From contig CAJJPX010000001.1 in NCBI GenBank assembly GCA_905193755.1, positions 210,348-274,347 on the forward strand: 64,000 nt of DNA. Reading direction: 5' to 3'. The translations under genes were made by a program, and so were the position numbers. The notes below the pieces were generated by a model. The model made no database searches. It saw only the letters and a program-made list of their open reading frames with translations, and was not told the DNA's origin. Each line of letters starts with the position of its first letter. Within the stretch, counting starts at the first letter, position 1. Shown here one piece after another: positions 56,596 to 64,000 of the stretch. Origin of the DNA: an uncultured Clostridium sp. (GTDB taxonomy: Bacteria > Bacillota_I > Bacilli_A > RF39 > UBA660).

Positions 56596-57690
56596 TTATT
56601 TCTTTTTAAATTTTTTATTTTGATTAGTTTTTCCCTTTGACCAATCAAATACTATATTAGTTTTAAGTACAAAGAATAATACAATAAATATCAATACTAC
56701 ATAGCAACAAGCTACTACCTTTTTATCACCTAATACATAGAAAATAGTTGTAAGTGAGAATAATATATTAATAGCATAAATAACTAATAGTGAACTTTTC
56801 TTAGAAAAATGTTTTAATAATTGATGATGTAGATGTTCTTTATCAGCGTGATCTATACTTTGTCCTTTTAATTTTCTTCTTATTATAGCAAATAATGTAT
56901 CCATAATTGGAATAGCTAATATTAATAATGGAATAATTAATGATGTTAATGTAGTAGTTTTAAATCCAAGTAAGAATATAACTGAAATCATGAATCCTAA
57001 GAATGTACTTCCAGCATCTCCTTGATATATTCTAGCTGGTGGAAAATTATGTACTAAATACCCTAATGTTGAACCCAACATAATTAATGAAAGTATTATA
57101 TCTAAACCACCAAACTTATTTAATATAAAACCTATAACAGCAATAGTTAAAAAGTATATTGATGAAATACCAGCACATAAACCATCTAATCCATCTATTA
57201 AATTAATTGCATTTATTGTAGCTACTATTATTAACATTGAAATAAGTTCTGGTAAAAATGGTATTGAACCAAATTTAATAGTTATACCAAATAATGTTAT
57301 TTTAGTAAGTTCAAGTCCTCCATAGAATACCACTATCGCAGCAACTATTAATTGAACTAAAACTTTATATTTATTAGGCATTGGTGTTTCACTCTTGGTC
57401 ATATCATCAAATAAACCTAAAAGCATAATCAAGAATGAACCAATCAATATAGCAATCATTAAATTATTTTTAGGAGCAAATAACATATATCCAAGCAAGA
57501 ATGCAAAGAATATACCAAGTCCACCTAATAATGGAACAGGATGTTCTTGTATCTTTCTAGGATCATTAGGTACATCTAATATTTTCAAAAATATAGCTAC
57601 CTTTTTCATCATTTGAACAAATATTAATGATGATAAAAAACACACTGAAACTATAATAAATATATTATGTCCATTAACATTAAAATCCAT
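56596..57690 (-). CDS. tagO: Undecaprenyl-phosphate N-acetylglucosaminyl-1-phosphate transferase (MraY/WecA family)
   Basis: NLIDGLDGL, polytopic GT4-type membrane protein. ATG at 57690 preferred over the GTG at 57702. Confidence 0.85.
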   Translation of the reverse strand: MDFNVNGHNIFIIVSVCFLSSLIFVQMMKKVAIFLKILDVPNDPRKIQEHPVPLLGGLGIFFAFLLGYMLFAPKNNLMIAILIGSFLIMLLGLFDDMTKSETPMPNKYKVLVQLIVAAIVVFYGGLELTKITLFGITIKFGSIPFLPELISMLIIVATINAINLIDGLDGLCAGISSIYFLTIAVIGFILNKFGGLDIILSLIMLGSTLGYLVHNFPPARIYQGDAGSTFLGFMISVIFLLGFKTTTLTSLIIPLLILAIPIMDTLFAIIRRKLKGQSIDHADKEHLHHQLLKHFSKKSSLLVIYAINILFSLTTIFYVLGDKKVVACCYVVLIFIVLFFVLKTNIVFDWSKGKTNQNKKFKKK

Positions 57691-57866
57691 AAATTCACCC
57701 ACTTAGTAACTATTATAAACTATTAATATTATTTTTTCCATGAAAATAGATAAATATTATAAATATTTTAATTATTCTTTATATGTAAAATTCTTTAAAT
57801 ATAATGCAAAATATGTCGATTTTTGCTATAATTATAAAAGATAATTAAGAATGTAAAGGAGTACTC

Positions 57867-60053
57867 ATGAAAAAAAGATATATTCTAACTATTATTTTAT
57901 TATTTTTTCTATGTACACCATTTAATATAAATGCAGCTTTTGATGCAGAAATAAATGGAAGTGCAGTAAGAATTAGAACAGGTCCCGGTACTAACAATTC
58001 AGTAATTGTATCAGTTAATGCAGGAACATCTATTAAAGTAGTTGATAAAACTCTTTACGAAGGAAAAGGATGTAACTCTAAATGGCTAAAAATAATTCAC
58101 AACGAAAAAGAGGGATACGTATGTAGTGAATTTGTTACTTTCCTAAATACTAGTTATGCTGGTATTAATGTAATTGATTGGACAGCAAGAGTTAGTGGAA
58201 ATAATGTATCAGTAAGAAAAACAGCTTCTTCCAAAGGAAAACTAATTGAAACTTTAACACTCGGAGCAAATGTAACTATACTTGATACTAGTGGAAACTT
58301 TTATAAAATTAAATACTATGGTGAAAAAGTCGGTTATATAAGTAAAGATTACGTTGTTAAGAAAAGTGATATTACAGCAATAGATGAAGAATATACAAAA
58401 GTATTAAAAGCAAAAGGTTTTCCAGATAGTTATATTCCATATTTAACATACCTACATAAGAAATATCCAAACTGGGAATTTAATGCAGACAAAAATAATA
58501 GAAGTTTTACTACTTCAGTAGATAAAGAAAATGGTAAATGCTATATGCAAACAAAGAATGATAACTATAGAACCTCGTCTACTCCTGCTGAAGGTAGTTC
58601 ATGGTTTAGAGTTAATGCCGGTGTTATAGCATTCTATATGGACCCTAGAAACTGGCTTTTAGAAGATAGAATATTTATGTTTGAAAAATTAGATTATGAT
58701 AAAAATCTCGAAAAAGAATATCCTACTATTATTAAATCAATATTTGGAAGTGGAAAACTAGGAGATGATAAATACACTATACCAATGTTCAATGCAGCTA
58801 AATCTTTAGGAATCAGTCCAATTCATGTAGCAAGCCGAATTAGATTAGAAGTTGGCGCTTCAGGTAGTGCATCTACTGATGGAGGAAAATTCACATGGAA
58901 AGGTAAAACATATAGTGGATACTATAACTTCTTCAATATAGGTGCTTATGAAACAACAATAGATGGTGTTAAATATTCAGCAGTTACAAGAGGTCTAGCC
59001 TACGCTGCTAAACTTGTTGGTAGAACTACTGGAGAACCATGGAATAATATTGAAACTGCTATAAGAGAAGGAAGTAGTACACTTGCTAATAATTACGTTA
59101 CTAAAGGTCAACAAACTATCTTCTATCAAAAATTTAATATTGGACCTAACGCAGGTAGCCCTTATGCTCATCAATACATGACAAACATTCAAGCCCCAGC
59201 AATCGAAGGAGCTTCCTCTTACAAATCATATAAAAAAGGTGGATTATTAAATTCTAAATTAATATTTGACATACCTGTTTATAAAGACGGAACACTTCCA
59301 GCATACACTTCTCTACCAAAAAGTGGAGACACAAATAATGATTTAAAATCATTAAGCGTTGTTGGATATTCATTAACCCCATCATTTGATGAAGATATAC
59401 TTACTTATGACTCATACATTCCAAAAGAAGCAACAAGTGTAACAATAGATGCTAAGACAAGTAGTGATAAAGCAACTATCTCAGGAATCGGAGAAACAAA
59501 GATCGATGATGACGAAACAGATATAACAATAACAGTAACAAGTGAAGCCGGTGAAGAAAAGAAATATGTAGTTACAATTTATAGAGTTGATGACCCTACT
59601 ACAGTAAGTATGGTACTTAACAAAAGTAATTTAAATGTAAATAGTAGTTATATTTACAATATTAAAAACCAAACAAAAGCAAGTGTTATTAAGTCAGCAC
59701 TAATTACTTCAGGAGCAAGAAATGTAGTAATTAAAAATTTAAAAGGACGAGAAATAAAAGATACTGACATAGTTGGAACAAACTACAAAGTTACAATTTC
59801 AACTCTACTTGAATCAAAAACATATACATTATCTGTTAGAGGAGATACAGATGGTGATGGAAAAATTACTATTCTTGATTTACTAGATATTAGAATGCAT
59901 ATAAAACAAGAAACTAAATTAACAGGTGCAAAATACATTGCGGGACACGTTAACAGTAATAAAGGAAACGACCGCAAAGTTGGAAGTGATGATATAAATA
60001 TTCTTGATTTACTAGATATTAGATTACATATAACTAAAGAAAAATTATTATAG
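57867..60053 (+). CDS. Secreted peptidoglycan hydrolase: two SH3b domains, GH73 glucosaminidase, cadherin-like beta-sandwich and C-terminal dockerin
   Basis: Signal peptide. GSAVRIRTGPG and NNVSVRKTAS (SH3b). IHVASRIRLEVG...YNFFNIGAY...HQYMTNIQAP (GH73). LKSLSVVGYSLTPSFDEDILTY (cadherin-like). GDTDGDGKITILDLLDIRMHI plus a second ILDLLDIRLHI (dockerin). Confidence 0.85.
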   Translation: MKKRYILTIILLFFLCTPFNINAAFDAEINGSAVRIRTGPGTNNSVIVSVNAGTSIKVVDKTLYEGKGCNSKWLKIIHNEKEGYVCSEFVTFLNTSYAGINVIDWTARVSGNNVSVRKTASSKGKLIETLTLGANVTILDTSGNFYKIKYYGEKVGYISKDYVVKKSDITAIDEEYTKVLKAKGFPDSYIPYLTYLHKKYPNWEFNADKNNRSFTTSVDKENGKCYMQTKNDNYRTSSTPAEGSSWFRVNAGVIAFYMDPRNWLLEDRIFMFEKLDYDKNLEKEYPTIIKSIFGSGKLGDDKYTIPMFNAAKSLGISPIHVASRIRLEVGASGSASTDGGKFTWKGKTYSGYYNFFNIGAYETTIDGVKYSAVTRGLAYAAKLVGRTTGEPWNNIETAIREGSSTLANNYVTKGQQTIFYQKFNIGPNAGSPYAHQYMTNIQAPAIEGASSYKSYKKGGLLNSKLIFDIPVYKDGTLPAYTSLPKSGDTNNDLKSLSVVGYSLTPSFDEDILTYDSYIPKEATSVTIDAKTSSDKATISGIGETKIDDDETDITITVTSEAGEEKKYVVTIYRVDDPTTVSMVLNKSNLNVNSSYIYNIKNQTKASVIKSALITSGARNVVIKNLKGREIKDTDIVGTNYKVTISTLLESKTYTLSVRGDTDGDGKITILDLLDIRMHIKQETKLTGAKYIAGHVNSNKGNDRKVGSDDINILDLLDIRLHITKEKLL
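59871..60023 (+). repeat. Internal duplication of the dockerin helix
   Basis: The 24-nt sequence ATTCTTGATTTACTAGATATTAGA occurs identically at 59871-59894 and 60000-60023. Confidence 0.9.
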
Positions 60054-60061
60054 GAGGAAAT

Positions 60062-61552
60062 ATGAAAAAAATATTAAAAACATTATCTGTATTGATAGTA
60101 TCCCTACTCTTTATCATGACAGTAGATGCAGCAAGCGCTAATATAAAAGTTACAACAAGTAAAAGTCAAGTAGTAGTTGGAAACACATTCACAGTAACAA
60201 CTAAAATTTCTGGTTCGAGTCTTGGAGTTTGGGAATGGACACTTAACTATGACACGAAGAAATTCAAACTAGTTAAAGGCGGAAACATAATGCATGTAGG
60301 TGATTATGATGACTCAAGTAGTAAAACCAAAACCTGGACACTTAAAGCAATAGCTAAAGGAAGTGGAACAATTTCTGTTAAATCATATGCAGCTTATACA
60401 AAAAATAAAGATACAATAAAAGTTTCAACTAACTCTAAAACAGTTAAAGTAATAACACAAGCTGAACTAGAAGCAAGTTATTCAAAAGATAATAATCTTA
60501 AAAGTTTAAGTGTAGAAGGTTTAACATTAGAACCTGCATTTAATAAAGGCACTACCGACTACAAAGTAACTGCTGAAAGTAATACAACTGAAATAAAAAT
60601 AAATGCTACTAAATCAGATTCAAAAGCAGACCTTTCAGGAACTGGAACATTCAAAGTAACTGAAGGAGAAAATAAATTCACAATAACTGTTGAAGCGGAA
60701 AATGGTTCAATTAAAAAATACAATATTACTGTTAATGTAACAGACCCAAATCCTATAACAGTAAAAATAAATGATAAAGATTATACTATTGTTAAAAGAG
60801 AAAGCAATCTTACTAAACCAGAAGATTATGAAAAAACAGAAGTAACTATTAATGAATCAAAAGTACCAGCATTCTATAATGAAATTAATAAATTCACATT
60901 AGTTGGTCTTAAAGATGAAAATGGTGAAACTTCCCTATTCTTATATAACAGTGAAACTAATACATTTAGTGAATACAAAGAAATAAAACTTGATCAATTA
61001 AAACTATATCCTTTATCAATAGATAGAGAAATAGATAACTATAAACTTAAAAAAATAACTATAAATGATGTTGAATTTGATGCATTAATATTAGATAATA
61101 GTGATTACGCAGTTATTCATGCACAAAATATGAATAATGGCTCAAGTGATTACTATACATATGATACTAAAACTAATACTGTTATTAGATACACAGATGA
61201 AACATTAAAACCTTTAAAAGATAAACTAAATAAATATGAAAAAATGATTATATTACTATGTGGTGAAACATTATTAGTATTCTTTATTCTAATATGTATA
61301 CTTATTGCTAAAATAAGAAATAATAAAAAAAGAAAAAAAATACATAAAATGATGTTAAAACAAAAAGAACTTGAAGAAAAACAAAAACAAGAAAACAACA
61401 TTAAAGAAGAAAAACAAGAAATAAAAGAAGAAAATAAAAGCGAAGAAAAAAATAAAGATGAAAAAGAAATTCAAGATGAAGAAACCAAAGCAGAGATAAA
61501 AGAAGATAAAACTAAAAAGAATAAAAAAGATAAAAAGGAAAAGAAGAAATAA
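60062..61552 (+). CDS. Membrane-anchored protein: cohesin-like N-terminal domain, cadherin-like beta-sandwich, TM helix and K/E-rich cytoplasmic tail
   Basis: Signal peptide. IKVTTSKSQVVVGNTFTVTTKISGSSLGVWEWTLNYDTKKFKLV (cohesin-like pattern). LKSLSVEGLTLEPAFNKGTTDY. TM LLCGETLLVFFILICILIA. SD AGGAGG. Confidence 0.75.
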   Translation: MKKILKTLSVLIVSLLFIMTVDAASANIKVTTSKSQVVVGNTFTVTTKISGSSLGVWEWTLNYDTKKFKLVKGGNIMHVGDYDDSSSKTKTWTLKAIAKGSGTISVKSYAAYTKNKDTIKVSTNSKTVKVITQAELEASYSKDNNLKSLSVEGLTLEPAFNKGTTDYKVTAESNTTEIKINATKSDSKADLSGTGTFKVTEGENKFTITVEAENGSIKKYNITVNVTDPNPITVKINDKDYTIVKRESNLTKPEDYEKTEVTINESKVPAFYNEINKFTLVGLKDENGETSLFLYNSETNTFSEYKEIKLDQLKLYPLSIDREIDNYKLKKITINDVEFDALILDNSDYAVIHAQNMNNGSSDYYTYDTKTNTVIRYTDETLKPLKDKLNKYEKMIILLCGETLLVFFILICILIAKIRNNKKRKKIHKMMLKQKELEEKQKQENNIKEEKQEIKEENKSEEKNKDEKEIQDEETKAEIKEDKTKKNKKDKKEKKK

Positions 61553-61570
61553 TTAGAAAGAAGTGTTAAC

Positions 61571-63559
61571 ATGAGAAAGAAAAAAATATTAAAAACATTC
61601 ACTACCTTATTACTACTATTAATAGAACTAATAAGTCTTTGCTTCTTCACCTACTCTTTAATTCTTTATAAAGGTGTTGAAACATTCTATAGAATATATG
61701 GAGTAATAATACTAGTATATTTCTTCTTATTCTTAAGTTACTTACTACTTAGAAGTATAAAGAAGAAAACAATGAAGTCATTCTTAATACCAGCTATTCT
61801 TACAGTAATCATAATTGGATGTGAATTTGGTGGTTATTATTATTTAACTAAAATATATAAGTCAATTGACGCTTATAGTGATACAACAAATACTTATTAT
61901 AGTAGTCTTGTTACTTATGATAAATCATTAAATACTCAAAAAGATTTAAGAAAGAAAAAAATTGGTATAGTAAGTGATACTAAAGATATTGAAGGGAATA
62001 TACTTCCTAAAGAATTAATTAAGAAATATGGATTAGATTCATCTAATGAAATAAAAGAATATGATTCAACTATTGAGTTATTACATGCCCTATCTAATAA
62101 AGAAATAGATGCTGCATTCTTTAGTAGAAACTATGTAGATATGTTCTATAGTTTAGAAGGTTATGAAAATATAGAAAGTGAAACTAAAGTACTTCTTGAA
62201 GACTCAAAAGTTTATGAATCAAATGAAGAAAATATTAAGAGTGAAACAGCTTCTTTAGATAAACCATTCACAATGCTATTTATAGGAGTCGACTCATCAA
62301 AAGATGGTGTTACTTCAGGATACAATGGAGATGTACTTTTACTAGCTACATTTAACCCATCTACTCTAAGGGCAACAATAACTTCAGTGCCAAGAGATAC
62401 TTATATTAAAACAGCATGCTCAAATGGAAGTTATAGAAGAATAAATACTACTACTTGGGGAAGCTCATCTACTTGTGCTGTTAAAACAATAGAAAAACTA
62501 TTTGATGTAGATATTGACTATTATGCTAAGATTAACTTCAAAGGAGTTGTATCTTTAGTAAATGCAGTCGATGGAATAGATGTAGATGTTCCATATTCAT
62601 TCTGTGAACAAAATAGTTCAAGACAATGGGGAGATAATACTATATATGTAAAAGAAGGCAAACAACATCTAAATGGTGAACAAGCCCTAGCCCTTGCTAG
62701 AAATAGACATAAACCAAATGATGGCTCTGGTACTGGTAAATCAATGGGTAGATATTGTGCTGAATGGAATCAAGGAACAAGAAATGATTTCACAAGAGGA
62801 AAAAATCAAATTAAAGTTATAATGGGAGTTGCTAACGCTGCTACTAAACTAACAGATCCAAATCAAGCAATTTCAATACTTGAAAAAATTAAATCAAATT
62901 TCCAAACAAATATAACTACTAAAGATGTATTATCACTATATAGTTTAGCTAAATCAATAGTACTTAATGATAGTACAAACTTAGTAAATCTTCAAAGAAT
63001 GCAACTTAAAACATATTCAGTTTGGAGAAAAGTATATGAACCACAATCAAAAGGATATCCAGCAGTACAAGTTCCATATCAAGGAAGTATTGATGATATT
63101 AAAAAAGAAATAAAAATTAACTTAGGTAAATCAACACCTGAACTAATTAAAACAGCAACATTTGACTTAAATAACTTATTTGAAGATACACTTATCGGTC
63201 AAGGTAAATACAGTACACCTACAATAAATACACTTAAAAATTTATCTAGTTATTCAGTCGCGAGTATTAAATCATACGCAAGTAAAAATAAATTAAAACT
63301 TAAATTTGTAGATTATAGTACTAATACAGAAGTTTCTATAGATAGTTGGGGAGATTATAAATTCCATAGTCAAAAAGAACACGTAGATACATTAATAGAT
63401 CAATTAAGTTCGCTTACAATATATGTAAGAAAACAAATATCTACACCTAAACCAGCAGAACCAACTACTCCAACAGAGCCAACTACTCCAACAAAACCGA
63501 CTACTCCTACTGAACCAACAACACCAGAAGAAGGAAACAACACTAATACTCAAGCATAA
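61571..63559 (+). CDS. LytR-CpsA-Psr (LCP) family glycopolymer ligase with extra N- and C-terminal domains
   Basis: TM helices, LFIGVDS...GDVLLLATFNP...SVPRDTY...LALARNRH (LCP), and a C-terminal PT-rich tail. Confidence 0.85.
   Translation: MRKKKILKTFTTLLLLLIELISLCFFTYSLILYKGVETFYRIYGVIILVYFFLFLSYLLLRSIKKKTMKSFLIPAILTVIIIGCEFGGYYYLTKIYKSIDAYSDTTNTYYSSLVTYDKSLNTQKDLRKKKIGIVSDTKDIEGNILPKELIKKYGLDSSNEIKEYDSTIELLHALSNKEIDAAFFSRNYVDMFYSLEGYENIESETKVLLEDSKVYESNEENIKSETASLDKPFTMLFIGVDSSKDGVTSGYNGDVLLLATFNPSTLRATITSVPRDTYIKTACSNGSYRRINTTTWGSSSTCAVKTIEKLFDVDIDYYAKINFKGVVSLVNAVDGIDVDVPYSFCEQNSSRQWGDNTIYVKEGKQHLNGEQALALARNRHKPNDGSGTGKSMGRYCAEWNQGTRNDFTRGKNQIKVIMGVANAATKLTDPNQAISILEKIKSNFQTNITTKDVLSLYSLAKSIVLNDSTNLVNLQRMQLKTYSVWRKVYEPQSKGYPAVQVPYQGSIDDIKKEIKINLGKSTPELIKTATFDLNNLFEDTLIGQGKYSTPTINTLKNLSSYSVASIKSYASKNKLKLKFVDYSTNTEVSIDSWGDYKFHSQKEHVDTLIDQLSSLTIYVRKQISTPKPAEPTTPTEPTTPTKPTTPTEPTTPEEGNNTNTQA
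63461..63532 (+). repeat. Tandem 18-nt units encoding PTTPT(E/K)
   Basis: CCAACTACTCCAACAGAG, CCAACTACTCCAACAAAA, CCGACTACTCCTACTGAA, CCAACAACACCAGAAGAA. Confidence 0.9.
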
Positions 63560-63594
63560 CAAAAGAATTCAAAAATTTTGAATTCTTTTTTCTT

Positions 63595-64000
63595 TTATAA
63601 ATGTAAATTATTTTTAATAAGTTGATTTAATTCAACTGCATACTCCATAGGTAGTTCACTTCTAAATCTATCTAAGAATCCTAGTACTATTAACTCAGTT
63701 GCTTTCTCTTCACTAAGTCCTCTACTCATTAAATAGAAAAGAACATCATCACTTATTTTAGACACTGTTGCTTCATGTTCTATATTCGATGTTATATTAT
63801 TACATATATTAACTGGTATAGTGTCACTCTTAGAAATACCATCTAATATTAATGTATCACATTTAACCATAGCTTCACTATTACTAGCACTACTTTTTAT
63901 ATCTACTTTTCCTCTATATGTAGAGTTACCTCCATCACTAGCTATACTTTTAGATACTATATTACTCTTTGTATTTTTACCTATATGTATCATACGAGCA
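63595..64000 (-). CDS. sufB: Fe-S cluster assembly protein SufB, C-terminal part (continues beyond the window)
   Basis: GKNTKSNIVSKSIA, STYRGKV, HEATVSKISDDVLFYLMSRGLSEEKA. Confidence 0.85.
   Translation of the reverse strand, partial: ARMIHIGKNTKSNIVSKSIASDGGNSTYRGKVDIKSSASNSEAMVKCDTLILDGISKSDTIPVNICNNITSNIEHEATVSKISDDVLFYLMSRGLSEEKATELIVLGFLDRFRSELPMEYAVELNQLIKNNLHL

Noticed and set aside
1-64000. Search for mobile elements, prophage genes, CRISPR arrays, rRNA and known defence-system genes
   Set aside because: No transposase, integrase, recombinase, Cas-like ORF, regular repeat-spacer array or rRNA-like conserved block was seen. The only long DNA repeats are the paralogous surface-protein genes.

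Overview
This is a very AT-rich (by eye under 30% GC) chromosomal segment from an endospore-forming Firmicute. Its gene order resembles Bacilli or Erysipelotrichia: gpsB next to rnpB, yvcK, a Bacillus-type cotE and a gerA-type germinant receptor operon. No transposase, integrase, phage gene or CRISPR array was seen.

Left half (1-37.7 kb), mostly housekeeping genes on the minus strand:
- tRNA-Ala(UGC), yvcK, cysS, recA, pgsA, RNase P RNA (not in the ORF track), gpsB, fmt, priA, miaB, uvrB.
- trpS behind a T-box leader, cotE, an ABC exporter, a gerA-type A-C-B operon, and rpsP with a KH-domain gene.
- Many small membrane-anchored proteins of unknown function are interspersed.

Right half (38-63.6 kb), a cell-envelope island:
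- Ribitol-phosphate wall teichoic acid genes: tagO, tarI, tarJ, three TagF-family phosphotransferases, tagGH, an LCP ligase and gpsA.
- Surface proteins: a DUF285/BspA-repeat protein, two NPKTG-sorted paralogues, a dockerin-bearing GH73 hydrolase and a cohesin-like membrane anchor.

Most notable observations:
1. A candidate, apparently undescribed type I toxin-antitoxin locus at 37.87-38.21 kb. A 29-aa hydrophobic ORF with a very strong SD sits inside a strand-specific 5'/3' mRNA clamp, with a convergent antisense sRNA.
2. An adjacent dockerin/cohesin-like pair that may tether a peptidoglycan hydrolase.
3. A 30-aa leader ORF plus terminator in front of an ABC exporter.
4. A VanY/LdcB-like protein in which all three zinc ligands appear to be replaced.
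5. A polytopic membrane protein fused to a PIG-L deacetylase inside the teichoic acid operon.
6. A frameshift-split tandem paralogue.
7. An unknown gene that appears co-transcribed with trpS under the T-box.

All functional calls come from motif recognition by eye; no searches were run.
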